Positions 12,333 through 25,277 of a DNA stretch of 64,000 bases are shown one piece after another (positions within the stretch are counted from its first letter, which is position 1; each line of letters begins with the position of its first letter). The stretch covers positions 15,367,652 through 15,431,651 of the forward strand of contig JARDVH010000167.1 in NCBI GenBank assembly GCA_030324005.1. Reading direction: 5' to 3'. Under the pieces are notes generated by a model that ran no database searches, was not told where the DNA came from, and saw only the letters and a list, made by a program, of their open reading frames with translations. A program made the position numbers and the translations under genes. This DNA is from Negaprion brevirostris (taxonomy: Eukaryota).

Positions 12333-12413
12333 GGACTAACCCCGAAAGCTAGTGAGTGTACTATCAAATAAATCGGTTGGACTTAGACCTGGTGTTGTCA
12401 GACTTTTTACTGT
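12333..12413 (+). mobile_element. Penelope-like pLTR fragment with 3' half of the hammerhead motif, abutting an N gap
   Basis: ggactaaccccgaaagctagtgag...ctggtgttgtcagactttttactgtg. Confidence 0.8.
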
Positions 12414-14275
12414 GTCAAAGCATATTGGCAGGGAGACTCAGGTTGTGTAACAGCTGATATGGGGATATTTGATGCTGACATTTTGTCAGTTGTGAAAAAA
12501 TATGCCAGTGTTACAGTTACATCTCTTTCCTCGATAAGAAAAACAATCCTCACCAAAAAAAAAATCAGAAGTGTCTAATATTTTGAAAAATGTTGGTTGA
12601 AATGGAAGAAACAATTCCAGTGGGATTAACATTCCATGCGTGCCTAGGTTTGCAAAGTGCAGTCAGTTAGATTGCACGGGATGAGCTGGAGGTGGAGTTT
12701 TTTGGATTTTAAATCAGCGGGGAATGCCAAGATCAGGTATTGTTCTTGAGATGGATCACTGAAAATACAATTTCGTGTACAAGAAACAGCTACATCCCAG
12801 GGTCATAGATCATAAGATGAATCCAGTGCAATATTTTACAATCAAATATTCCTGTTTTAATCTGAACATAGAATGGAAAGTGGATGAGAAACAAGGTTAA
12901 ACATTCTGTGTGATGCGAACAGTATTGCTGTATTTAAAGATTATTCAAAATCTTGGTTATGTCCCATATTGCCCACGTGTGCCCTGGAAAGAGTGAGGAG
13001 CGAGAAAAATAAGCCGGAGGCTGTCAGTCAGTGAACAGAACTGGGCAGCTAGCCACAGCACAGTGTGAAAGTCGAGTTCAATTGGCCAGGAATGTATCAT
13101 TCGGGGTTGGCTGGCTAAGAGCATGTCAAATTGAGTCTGACAGAGAGGTTAGATTCTATTAATCAGGACAGTGAGCCAGTCTAGTTGGGTCGGAGTGGCG
13201 ATCACCAAGGGAGGTGATGATGCAGCATCTCAAAATGGCTGTTCAAGTTGGAAATTGGCTGTGCCAATGTAAGCAATTTTAAATGACAGGAAGAATGCAG
13301 AACAAAAATCTGAATACAAGATGAATAGAAATAATACCTGCCTTATGTATTCCCACAGAGACCTGACTGGTTCAACCCATGCACAATATCCCACCAGCAA
13401 GTCTGTTTCCTCAGAGGATTTAAGGGACACTCAAATACATAAGAACATAAATGGCCCAGATTTCAGTCTAGTGGATGTCTGATGTGGATTTCCTCTTTCC
13501 CCATGTCAGTTCGAATCTGCTGCCAAGTCAAGGAGATCTCCAGCAACAGTGATGTCATTGAGCAGGGTAAGCACCCAACCTCACCGAGGTTTTCTCCTGA
13601 ACAGCAAACCTCTTGGTAACATGCCCTGAATTGTTCACTTTTAATTAAAAGGGTATAGAAAGCAAAATAAATGACTGGCACACATGAAAAAAGGATTAAG
13701 GCAGAAGCTGAAATGTAAAACATTTTATAAATATGAGAATTCCTTTATCACCATGGAGAAATTTCACATCCTGCTCATATAAAGTTCGTTTTTCAGGGAC
13801 AGTGAGACTTTTCAGCAGTAATTATGGAAGTAATGTGCTGATAAGAAGTCATTATATACCATTCAAAAAACAGAACTTCTTCAAGGCTTTTAATAGCAAG
13901 GCAAATAGCAGAAAAGAGCAAGTTCAGGGATTTCTACTTGATTGCAGTCTGGAACGAACTTAAATAGCAGCCCCTTTGGGAAAGAATAGGTGTGTTCTTA
14001 CCAAAACCCTCCATAATTGCAGCAAGACTTCTGGATTCTGGTACAACCCCCTTCACTGAAGGTTAACAATCTTATAGAGGTACAGAGGGTCCATAAAATT
14101 CCTCTTGGCTATTTTGTTGGTAGAATAGTGGTAGGCAGGACCCTGAAGTTGTTTGAGAGGGTAAAACAAGAATTTCGAATCTCAGGAGCAGGGTCACTTT
14201 TGTGAATGGGAAGACTGGACCCCAAGTATGTCTGCACTGCCATCCCTCTTGGATTAATTACTATTGGCTAGTAAA

Positions 14276-14394
14276 GGATTGTGGCCTTTTAAAAACCTTG
14301 CTAATATGTGTGCAAGCTCTCAACTGAGATCCCTATTGAGGATTGTGGCTTTTTAAACAGCTTTGGTAGCATGCATGCAAACCCTCAACTGATT
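14276..14394. repeat. Diverged ~64-bp tandem duplication within a possible LTR-like element (about 13960-14537)
   Basis: ggattgtggccttttaaaaacc...ctcaactga repeated as ggattgtggctttttaaacagc...ctcaactga. Confidence 0.6.
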
Positions 14395-14907
14395 TTCTTT
14401 TGAGAACCCTGAGAGACAAATTGGAGGACTTCCCAGGGTAGATTCCTCTCATTTTGTTCTCTTTTCTAGCTTATCTGGCAGTTACACCATAGAAGCATTC
14501 TGAAAACTAAATTTTGGGCTCATGACTTTTGTAACACTTTGGTTGCATCAACTAGTAATTTCCCTCTAATTTAGCTGGCAGTAGCTGCACGTCACATGTG
14601 TTGCTTTGTAATATCAATACTTTGCAATATCCAGCACGTGTATCAGGGCAAGTATGATAATCTACCCTCTGGGTAGATATTGCTAGAGTTCAAAGAAAAC
14701 TGACTGGAATTGAGTGTGGATGTTAATATTTTCAGTCCATGGTGTTCCTATCTCTGGATCTTCTGCACTGCTCCGTTGAGTTATTTATTGCATTCAATTA
14801 TCGCTGATTCATTAATTCATGGTTCTGATCTCTTTCCTCTCCCATTTCCCCTTGCTTTTCTCTAATTCCATGAGTCTCAACCCTTTTCTTTCAATACCTC
14901 TGTGTTT

Positions 14908-15180
14908 GAGTGTCACAAGTACGCTTACATTAACACTGCAATGAAGTTACTGTGAAAATACCCGAGTTGCCACAAACTGGTGTCTGTTCAGGGACACTAA
15001 GGGAGAATTTAGCATAGTCAATCCACCTAACTAGCACATCTTTTGGAATGTGGGATGAAACAGGACCGCCCAGAGGAAATCCACACAGACATGGGGAGAA
15101 CGTGCAGACTCTGCACAGTGACCTAAGCTGGGAATCAAACCCAGGTTTCTGGTGCTGTGACACAGCAGTGTTAACCACCC
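14908..15180 (-). mobile_element. HE1/V-SINE, tail type 2
   Basis: Same layout as 5408-5698. Confidence 0.9.
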
Positions 15181-16429
15181 CATACCATTATTCAAACAAT
15201 ATATTTAAACCCAAATTCAATGAATGGAATCTCCTCTGTTCTTCAGATTGCGCAGAATCCCATTGAACCAAACAAGTCTGAATCATTTTAAATATATATG
15301 GAATTCCAATGGTTTAAATTATCCTGGCTGTTTCTATGATTTTAGATTTCACCTTGTCATGTGCTTCTGAAGTATCTGTTCTTATGCTTGTCACATCCAA
15401 ATGTGCTCTATTCACTGCACATTTGTTCTAAGACTTTGGCACATTTTAAAGTTAATTACATTTGTATGAGTTTTTTTTCTGGTTTTGATTGGATTGAGCA
15501 GCTGAATGAATGATTTACTGGGCTGTGGACAAAGATCTACAAATTAGTAACTTTAATCTGCTGTTTATAGAAATCCTGATCCAAGCACAACTTTTCTTGG
15601 CAAGCTGCTGGTGTACTTATCAGGATATAATGATGCTTCCAACTGCAAATCAAATCTTGGGTCATGGAGTGAATCAGGACTACTACACACCGTGCCGAAA
15701 CTAGCAGAAGCTACCTCTTCAGTACTTTATACAAAATGATAGGCATCAGTTCCTGCTCACGTTTCTGATGTTTTAACAAGGATGACCCGCTGCACCACAA
15801 ATGGTGCAGTTTCACCAAGTTGTTGGAGGCAAATTATCAACTGCAACCCACATACTTGCCCCAGAGGGAGGAAGTTCAATCAGAAGTGCAAAGGACAACT
15901 TTGGGCTGCTTTGATGGTTGGCCACTGAATCGCCTTTGGCAGAAGCTAAGCAGCAGGGTGTTAATTTTTGATGAAGTAGTATATGTGGGGATAATATGGT
16001 AAGAAAGGAGAGAGTGAGAGATATGAAACAAAGGAACAAATGTATCATCAAGTGTGAGAATGTTACCTTTCTGAAATAATTCAAATATGAATTGGGAAGA
16101 GGAATGTCAAGAATGTACTGAACCATATAGTTGTTTGATGGCACTTTATGAAGGAAAATAATCTGAGATCCAATGAGTAGCAGATAAAAAAAAGGTTTTC
16201 AAATCAGTGTACCACAGCCTCTTTTGAACTATTTTGTCAGTCACTCAATCTGAACATTGTGTTTGGAAAGATCTTTGCTGACAGATTTTTCTCAATGCGG
16301 TAAATTTTCAGTCCTGTTAAAGAAACGCTTGAGACTATGTCTAAGAATCATTTGTTCCCAGCATTTTCATTCAGGCCCAATCATGAGAAGCCATACCCCA
16401 GAAATTAAATCGTAGCAAAGCAACTCTCA

Positions 16430-18170
16430 ACTTAAGCATATAACTCTTCTCTTGACTGCTCTGTTCATCCAGCAGTAAGGATAATTCCATTGCAAGAAAT
16501 AAAAGAACAAACTTCACATAGTAAAATAAAAGAACAAGCTTTAATAAAGAAACTTTATTACACCAGCACTGGCTATACCCTGGGCCACCCAAGTTCTCCA
16601 CAATCCTCAGGTGACTACCACATCATTTTGCCATTGGTTACATTGTAACAGATTTCCTTTCTTTTTCAAATTAATTTTGGGTAACCATCCTCTAATATTC
16701 TTAACTTTCCAATATCTGCACCCCTTTTCGTAAAACAGTCGGATAATTGCGGATTTGCACCAACCCAGTTGAGCTTAGGAGCTTCCTTGTTTTCCAGGTT
16801 TGTTTAATGCTGACCAAATCAATTCTCAGTCACTTTTCTGTTACACTTTTCGTCGATTGAATACCATCTACATAACACTCAATTGGTACCTTCTTTCCTG
16901 GTGTTGCCTTGAAGGATAACTGTTGATGTGTCAGACAGATATATCCCCATATTTGTGGCCTCCATTAACACTAGGGTTTCAGCTGAGTGTGTATGTTTGA
17001 CCACCCTTTTTATTTTCTTTGCTTCCCAGGCCAAAGGGCACCATTTTCCTTCCTTACCTATCAAGAATATTTTCATTTTCAGCACTACTCAAATGTCCAT
17101 CTGGTAGATTGGCATCACTAATCTTGATGCCTTCCAGCTTTCCCAGTGCCAAGAATTTCATTACTCATTCCTCTAATTTTAGCTTTTTTATTTGCCTGTA
17201 AGATCTCTCAGACTGAAGCGCACTTCAACATATTACTTCACTGTTAGGACATTACGACTCCCATCCGGTCTTGTATGTGTGCATAGCCAATTTAACTGTC
17301 CTACCAAATTCAGTTTATATTTCATTGGCTGGTTCCTTTTCTCTTCAATTGACCTTTCTTTGGTTATGGGAATAAGATCAATACTGTCTAAACATCCCTA
17401 TTGGTTCATCGTTATCTGCGTTTGCTTTGTCGTCTATCAAGACCAAGATATCTTTAATTTAATTACTCTCTTGCAAATTCTTCCTTGCCACTCCATTGGA
17501 AGTCAACAACATGCATCACAAAAACTTCAGCCAATTTTCCTTCAGACTTCCAACAGAACATTGCAGGGTCTGCTTTTGGCTGAACAGTCAGTTTTCAGCA
17601 ATACTGAAATACATCAAACCCTTGATGCGTCACTCAATCCATACACGCATTTGTTCAGTTTCTATAACTGTCTGTGCACTCCTGCCTCTTTGGGCGGCTT
17701 CAAAAATACTTCTGAAATGTTTCACCCTGCAGGAATGCTGCTTTGATATCTATTGACTTAACATTCCCAATTCTTCGAGGCGAGGACAGCGGAGAAAATT
17801 CTCAGTATTACTTTTCCTGCTTTGGGCGAATCAACCAATAATGTCTCTGACCTCCAAGTGTTCCTTGTACCCACAGGCTACTAATCTGGCCTTTGCTTTA
17901 CAATCCCATCTTGCAAAACCTTCCCTGTGAAAACCCACCAATGGGACAGAACAGTGTACACCCGAAACACTTTCCAACTGTCCAATTTTCTTCGTTTGGC
18001 CTCTTATTTCCATAAGCTCCATTTTATTGGCAAAACTCTCAATCATGGGAGTTTCTACTCCGATTAGTATTCCTAGCCTTCCTTGTTAAACTCCGGACTC
18101 TAATGCCATCTCTGACCCGGTCAGGGTGTCTACTCTCAGACTTCTGTTCTCTGTCAACGTAACGTCAGTC
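16430..18170 (-). mobile_element. Copia LTR retrotransposon remnant (GalEa-like): RT, RNase H, PPT and 3' LTR
   Basis: Minus-strand motifs KAKARLVACGY, IDIKAAFLQG, KLNKCVYGLSDASRV, WEAKKIKRVVKHTHSAET; PPT aaaaagaaaggaaa (16666-16653) then TGTTACA LTR start at 16650. Confidence 0.88.
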
Positions 18171-18179
18171 AGAGATTCG

Positions 18180-18385
18180 TAACCTTTTCCAGGGTTCACG
18201 AATTCTCACTGACACATCCTCCTAATGGCTTCATCTCCTTCTTGGAAAGTAACCACCAATGGATCTACTACTTCCAGGGCCACTTCCTTAAGTACTCTGG
18301 GATGAAGATTATCAGGACCTGGAGTCTTGTCCGCCTTCAATCCCATCAATTTTCCCTAAACCATTCCTGTACTAATGCTGATTTC
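18180..18385 (-). mobile_element. CR1 ORF2 fragment
   Basis: LKADKTPGPDNLHPRVLKEVALEVVDPLVVTFQE on the minus strand. Confidence 0.8.
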
Positions 18386-18698
18386 AGATCCAGGAGAATG
18401 AAACACCAAAGGTAGCCTTGAGTTGGATGCATGTTGAAGATGCCCAAGTGTAAGCAACAATGGGGAAAGAATACAAAAGTCAGTTTTTCAAATGTGGAGA
18501 TTGGAAACTCTTGTGGATGAGACACAGTTTCAGTGAGACCAGTTGACTCGAGAATAATCATCTGGCCAGGGTTGAGGGGTGGGGGTTTGGGTAGGGTGAT
18601 AAGAAATCCATAGAATCTGCTTTGGGGGCATTTGTCATTTGAAATCTTTCCAGCATTTTTGTCAAGTGCACTTTTCTTAATAATTACTTTTAAAGTAT

Positions 18699-18998
18699 TA
18701 AAGTTTATTTATCAGTGTCACAAGTAGATTTACATTAGCACTGCAATAAAGTTGCTGTAAAAACCTTCTAGTTGCTGTACTTCGGCGCCTCTTTGGGTAC
18801 ACTGAGGGAGAATTGAGCAAGATCAATGCACTTAACCAGCCCATCTTTTGGAATATGGGACGAAACCAGAACACCCAGAGAAAACCCATGCAGACACAGG
18901 GAGAACATGCAAACTCCACACAGACAGTGACCCAAGCCAGGAATCAAACCCGGATCCCCGGCACTGTGAGGCAGCAGTGCTAACCACTGTGCCACAGT
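18699..18998 (-). mobile_element. HE1/V-SINE, tail type 2
   Basis: Head ggcacagtggttagcactgctgcctcacagtgcc, V-domain and tail. Confidence 0.92.
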
Positions 18999-19509
18999 AC
19001 CATCCTTATACTTCATTCTTTGTGTTAAAAGTACACTAACAGACACCTGTGAATGTGTTTGACAACTGATCTCCATGGTTTCTAGAAGAAAACCAAGTCA
19101 GGACCTATCAAGCCAGAATCCATTCTGGAATCTGACTTGTCCAATATTAACATCAAGTGGAATCATAACAATGACATGAATGCATGTTTGGTAGGAGTTG
19201 TGCTGAGACAGGAGCAGAATCAAGTGATATTACAGAGATGAAAATAGATGGTTTTAATGTTTAAGCATTTTAGCAGCAGATTTAATACTGCTGTTTCTCT
19301 CCAATAAATAAATTCCCTGCTCTCTGTTCTTATCATTAAATATATTTGATCCTGTACTCACTTTGTGAAAAATATTGTCTAACTGAAAACGACTGTTTAT
19401 CATTAATGCTTCCCTTGAATGGAAATCAGGGTGCTGCAACAATGAGGTATAAACCTAGATTTTCCAGTGTGATGCAGTTTAGATAGACTTAATTGGATTT
19501 TTTTTTCTA

Positions 19510-19720
19510 CTTATTCATGGGATTTGGGTGTCGCTGACTAGGCCAGTATTTATTGCCCATCCTAAATTCCCCTTGAAAAGGTGGTGTGAGCCAGCTTCTG
19601 AAAATGCTGCAATCCATGTGGTGTAGCAACATGTTAAGAGGGGAGTTTCAGGATTTTGAACCAATGACAGTGAATGATGGTATGTAGCTTGGAGGGTGTG
19701 GCAGGGCAGCTGCAATAGTT
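19510..19720 (-). mobile_element. Family B LINE 3' tail
   Basis: ttattcatgggatttgggtgtcgctgactaggccagtatttattgcccatcct. Confidence 0.8.
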
Positions 19721-19931
19721 TGGGGGTTTACTGTAAATGTTGACTGCCAATATTTTCTGTCAAAAGCAGCAAAGATGGTGTAAGCTGATGACCCAACTGC
19801 TTTTCTTACTGGTTTCCCAACCTGCCACAACCACAAATTTATTCACTTGTCCAAGATATGATAACTTAAATCCCATCCTGCACTCAATCACTTTCACCCA
19901 TCCTTCTCATTGATAACTCACCCTGTCATCC

Positions 19932-19932
19932 A

Positions 19933-19961
<29 letters not shown>
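19932..19961. repeat. (CA)n microsatellite
   Basis: Visible directly. Confidence 0.95.
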
Positions 19962-19964
<3 letters not shown>

Positions 19965-20052
19965 CTTTGTTTTCAAATTCTTGTCCAACTCTATCTCTGC
20001 ACTCGCTCTGACCTTGTATTCTTCCTTTTGTTCTCTGATTCAGATATTTGTG

Positions 20053-20259
20053 ATGTGGGTATGCCGGCGTTGGACTGGCGTAAANNNNNNNNNNNNNNNN
20101 NNNNNNNNNNNNNNNNNNNNNNNNNNNNNNNNNNNNNNNNNNNNNNNNNNNNNNNNNNNNNNNNNNNNNNNNNNNNNNNNNNNNCTAACCCCGAAAGCTT
20201 GTGAGTCTATTATCAAATAAATCGGTTGGACTAAAACCTGGTGTTGTCAGACTTTTTAC
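20053..20259. mobile_element. Penelope-like insertion with inverted termini, spanning an N gap
   Basis: 13-bp TSD tcagatatttgtg at 20040-20052 and 20260-20272; left end atgtgggtatgccggcgttggactggcg is the reverse-oriented pLTR extension; right end is a forward pLTR. Confidence 0.8.
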
Positions 20260-22159
20260 TCAGATATTTGTGTCCAGCTCCCTGACTTTGCCCCAGCATT
20301 GGTCACAGCACCATCTGCCCTACTATAATCTCTCGCCCAACAATGTTACTTCCTTCATGCCACCTCCTTTTAAAACCCTCTCAGTATCTACTGTCTTAGG
20401 TTTGGTCACTTTGCCAGACTCTTTCCGAATTGTAGAGGTACCATTTCCTCATCCGTTTGCAGTTGTGAAATCCTTTGGAACATTTTTGTTCACATGAAAA
20501 TTGGAAGAGAAAGAAATAGTAGCTGATGCTGCTGCTGCCCTGACAATTTCATGGCTGCAGCAAATACTCGATTTCATGATGAATTGTCAGAATCTGTACC
20601 TAACCAGATAGCTTTCTTAGTTTTTTAATCAAGGTGTCAAGCCACTTGTTTATTTGCTGCCCTCCTATCTCATGCACTTACCCAAGCAACCTTGCACTTC
20701 TACTTACGCAACTGTATACAAACCCCTTGAGGCTATGTGGAGAGATGCCAAGGTGTCTCTCCCCCTTTGCAGCAAAAAATACATAAGGCTTCCCACAATG
20801 AAAAAATTGAAATTGGAAACTTGTGTGGATCTGCAAGTGAAAGTCCCATATTAGCACATGGTGTTTTAAAACTCCACTAGAGTCTTTAATTTTTGTGTTG
20901 AATGTGAGTCAGATTCTACTTTACTTTTTTGTGCATTACGCATTCTACTGGAGAATGATTGCTTTTGCTTTTGGTCAAATATGTATTCAAAGTTGGAATT
21001 TGCAGATCTGAGGGAAAAAAGCCATTTCTTGCACTCAATCATGGATTGCTGTGTAACAAATTGGATAGAGTTCACTTCTCACCATCTGTTACAAATTGGT
21101 TCTGGGTGATGGATGTCTGTGCAGATCCAGAGGGATTTGGCACTGGGGTCTCCTGGGCTCAGTTCTTGGTCTCTTTTACTCATGTTTATACTGAATATAA
21201 ATGACCTTGAGTACAACTGCAATGATACATAGGATAAATAAATGTATGCGGAGAATATGAACTGCAACACAGCACAAATATAAGCCTGCTCAGAGACTAT
21301 TAACTGTAATCGAACACAAGTATCAATGTACAGAGTCAATCAACTGCAAAAGACATATCTAAAAATGTACACATAATCTGCTAACTGAAATAGAGAGTAG
21401 CATAAATAGCACTCTATTCACTTTAAAGAATACAAATAGAAATGTTTGCAGATAATTTACTGTGTTGTACATAAATGTAAACATGTGCTGAGATTGCCAA
21501 CTGTAACAGAACACAACTATAAATATCTGCAGAAATTCCTGACTGTAAAGGACTGTGGGGAAAGTCTTAACCAAGAGCAGCAAATGGGATTGGCTGTGGG
21601 CTGTGGACATTAAATTCAACAAAAATGTGAGTGTGTCAGAAAGCCAGCTCCAAACTACCAACCTCCAGGGTTAACTCAGGAGCAGGTTAGGCTGGTTGCA
21701 TGCAACTCCTATGAGAGAGGCGGATTGACAATTAATATATCATAATCAATCGATTTGAGGTATATTGGAACATAGTTTCAGGCTTAATATTGCATCCACA
21801 GGCTCGCTAGGATTCCCAAAACTATCCAGTTTGGTTGAAACTAACCAGCATGGTGAAATCACGATGGCAATTGAGTGGGTTGATTAAAACTCATGGAAAT
21901 ATTGCAATAAATACTCAGTACTCCAAGCTGCTTTCTTAACTATTAGTGGGAAAGAGTTTGTTCACAGTACTTTTCCTGAGAGATACTATTTATACTTGGA
22001 GGTTTTGAAAATCACATAAGGATAACGGGAAGTGTGGAGCTCTATGGTTATGTTACGTTGAACAATCAAACAAGGAGTAGTGTGAGCAGCAGTCTGGTGT
22101 TGAGATCTATAGCTGGGAGCCAAGAGAGAAGCACCAGAGGGGTTAGACGTTGAGTTTCC

Positions 22160-22478
22160 TTTTTTTAATTCATGGGACGTGAGCATCACTGGCTGGCCAG
22201 CACTTCTCGCCCATCCTTTGAAAGTCAACCACATTGCTGTAGCTCTGGAGTCACATGTAGGCCAGACCAGGTAAGGACAGCAGATTTCCTTCCCTAAAGG
22301 ACATTAGTAAACCAGATGGGTTTTTCTGATAAGTCAATTCTTAATTCCAGATTTTAGTTTCTTGAATTCAGGTTCCTCCATCTGCCTTGGCGGGATTCAA
22401 ACTCAGGTCCTCAGAACAATAGTTGAGTTTCTGGATTAATAATCTCGCAATAATATCACGAGACCATCACCTCCCCTT
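22160..22478 (-). mobile_element. tRNA-headed SINE sharing the family B LINE 3' tail
   Basis: B-box-like gagtttgaatccc on the minus strand; body aatgtcctttagggaaggaaatctgctgtcc; tail ggccagccagtgatgctcacgtcccatgaa. Confidence 0.75.
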
Positions 22479-22934
22479 GGCGCTCACAAACAGCAGAGTT
22501 CAGGAGGTTAGATTATTGCACCAAATTGTACCAGACATCGACAGCTTCATAGCTTTACCAACGGATAGCAAAACGACCTTTGCCCTCAACTTCTTTACCT
22601 CTCAATTTTTCCATGCCTCTGTCAAAAACTTATTTGGCATCTCCCAGTTGGCTGTCCACAAATGCAGAAGATGAGTCACCAACAGGTTGTTTGCCAGGAT
22701 CTGGTAATTATTTCATCTCACCTATCTTGATAAGGCACTTGGATTTTTATCTCTCATTGGCTTTCTGTAGATGCAGGCATTATTGACGGCACACACATGA
22801 CAATTCATGCACCCAGATATCAACTTGGAGTATGTGTGAACCGCAAAAGCTTCTATTCCATCAATATACAAACACAATAAGACACTTCTACAGGTGTATG
22901 ATGATTACGTTTACCTCCGTCAAGTAATGCCTTG

Positions 22935-23330
22935 ATTTTAAAATTCTCATCCACATTTTCAAATCCCTCCATGGCCTTGCTCCTCCTTATCTCTGCAATC
23001 TCCTCCAACCCTACAACCTCCAGGATATCTGCATTCCTCTCATTCTGGCCTTTTATGTATTCACAATCATAATTGCTTCACCACTGGTGATTGTGCCTTC
23101 AGTTGCTTAGGCGCCAAGCTCTGGAACTCGTTCCCCACCCCTTTCCACCTTTTTACCTCACGTGCCTCCTTTAAGACAACTTGTAGAACCTTTCTCTTTG
23201 ATCAAGTTTTTGGCCATTTGACCAAATATCTTTGTACGTAGTCTGGTATCAAACTATTACAATCCTGTGAAGCACCTTGGGACATTCCATTCCAGTAAAG
23301 TTCCGATATAAATAGAAGTTGCTGTTGTTG
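22935..23330 (+). mobile_element. L2 LINE 3' end
   Basis: tttaaaattctcatc...ccttcagttgcttaggcgccaagctctggaactc...gtgaagcaccttgggacatt...tataaatagaagttgctgttgttg. Confidence 0.8.
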
Positions 23331-24905
23331 TTTTTTGATCTCAGTGGTTTGTTAAGCTTGATAATGCTTGGTCAGTTTGCTTTGGGAGCAAATAGAAAAA
23401 TAGCAATGTAATTTACTGTGTTAAGATAGATTAGACATAATGAATGACAATCATATAAATGATATCTCAAGGAGTTTATTCTTAGTTTCTAATTAGAATG
23501 GAAGAGCAACAATGACCTGTGTACCTGCAGGTGAGTGCTCTTAAAATTGAGTTTCCACTAAACCTACTGAGCCAATTCTCGAGTTTGACTCAACAAATTT
23601 GTTGTTGGGTGGGCTTTCTGTTAAAATTGCTTTGGAATTCAAATTACACCATCACACCCTGATTTGAATGTATGAAAGAAGCACCATGCACCTTTGTCCA
23701 TTGAGTGCATTTGTGACTGCACATTAAAATGGTGAGTTTCAAAGGGAATAATATAACAATTGATGAGCTAATTAATTGCCATTTAAGTATCGCATTCCAC
23801 CCTCCCACTATTATGCCCATTGCATTTTGAAGCACNNNNNNNNNNATGACCCCCCACCAAGGTCATCCCCCTTTTTAACACTTCCCCACTGGCCACTCAA
23901 ACCAGGATCCGCACTATCCAGCACCCGCTAACCAGCCAGGGCCCACAAGTACAAAGGATTGTCTTTCAGTCCAGCTTTGATAACCTCCTCTTCTTGAGGA
24001 AGTGGCTGTATGTCATCGGTGGTGGCTACTCAAACCTTGGAACAATGGAGATGCCACCCAATTGCAACAGCCAGGAATTGGGGGCAGAGGTGTCACCAGT
24101 GAGCTCACCACTGAGCAGAAAATAGCTGGAGGGCAGTAGCTTTTTTATGGGTGGTGTCCTGGTCTACCTTTTAGTTGGGGTGGTGGGGAACACAGTACCC
24201 CATAAAATCCCACCCAAAGATCATAAATACCTCTTCAGATGCTGAAAATCATAAGATTAAAAACAATACTGATATCCTGACACTAGATGTCACCAGCACA
24301 TTTAGCAAATACTACATGGACCTGTGAGTTATTGAAAGGACATACAAGAGTTTAACATAGGACTAGGATGAGCTTGACTTGGTTTTCAACAGATTTCTTT
24401 GCAAGGAAAGGACTAAACAGCATTTGAGTTAACTTCTGCGGCAGTCCCTTGAAATACCTTGCAACTGCTTGATGAAACAGTCAGCATTCCAATCAAAGTT
24501 TAATCGTGAAGGAGACAAAGGAGATATGCTTATCAGAAATACAGCGAGGTATTTTATACTCTTTCCCTCCCCTGTAGTGAGTTAGGAGGCAGAAGGATAA
24601 CAGGAACTTTGCAACTTTGTGCCTCCACCCTGACTAAGTCTATGGCAGGTAGGCCATGATGATGGCCATCAGTCTTTGGGTCCTGCGCCAGTTGAGGCTA
24701 CTAGGTGATCAATTACTTCTCACTTGAGGGCATTATCCCACTGCCTCTGGTATTAAACCCAACAGCAGGAGAGGGGCTTGCCACATGGGGAACACAACAA
24801 ACCTGTGTGGTTTCTCCCTAAAGTTCCTTGTTCAGAGGCCCATTGAGGGGTCTGGTATCAGGAATGGTTTGGCCTTGCTGAGAGCTCCTCTATCCTGACA
24901 ACCAA

Positions 24906-25277
24906 TCAGCACAGTGACACAGTGGTTAACACTGCCAAGGATCCAGGTTTGATTCCAGCCTTGAGTGACTGTGTGAAGTTTGCTCATTCTCCCCATGTCT
25001 GCATGGGTTTCCTCCTGGTACTCCAGTTTCCTCCCACAGTCCAAAGATGTACAGATTTGATGGATTGGCCATGCTACATTGTCCCTTTGTGTTTAAAGAT
25101 GTATAGGTTAAATGGCTTGCCCATAGCAAATGCAAAGGGTTACAGGGATAGAGCAGAAGGGGAGTGGGTGGGAGTTTGGGTGGGATGATCTTTGAGAGAG
25201 CTGCTGCAGATCTAATGAGCTAGTGGGCTGAATAGCCTCCTTCTTCACTGTAGGGATTCTATGACTGATTTCATGAT
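24906..25277 (+). mobile_element. HE1 SINE with CR1/HER1-type tail
   Basis: Head, V-domain, tail ctgtagggattctatga. Confidence 0.9.

Noticed and set aside
13338-13430. Minus-strand peptide ...VRSLWEYIRQ ending at a GT donor (faintly SWIB-like)
   Set aside because: No good acceptor; similarity too weak; adjacent to MITE-like sequence
18940-18998. tRNA-like A/B-box sequences (also in other HE1 heads)
   Set aside because: SINE heads, not tRNA genes
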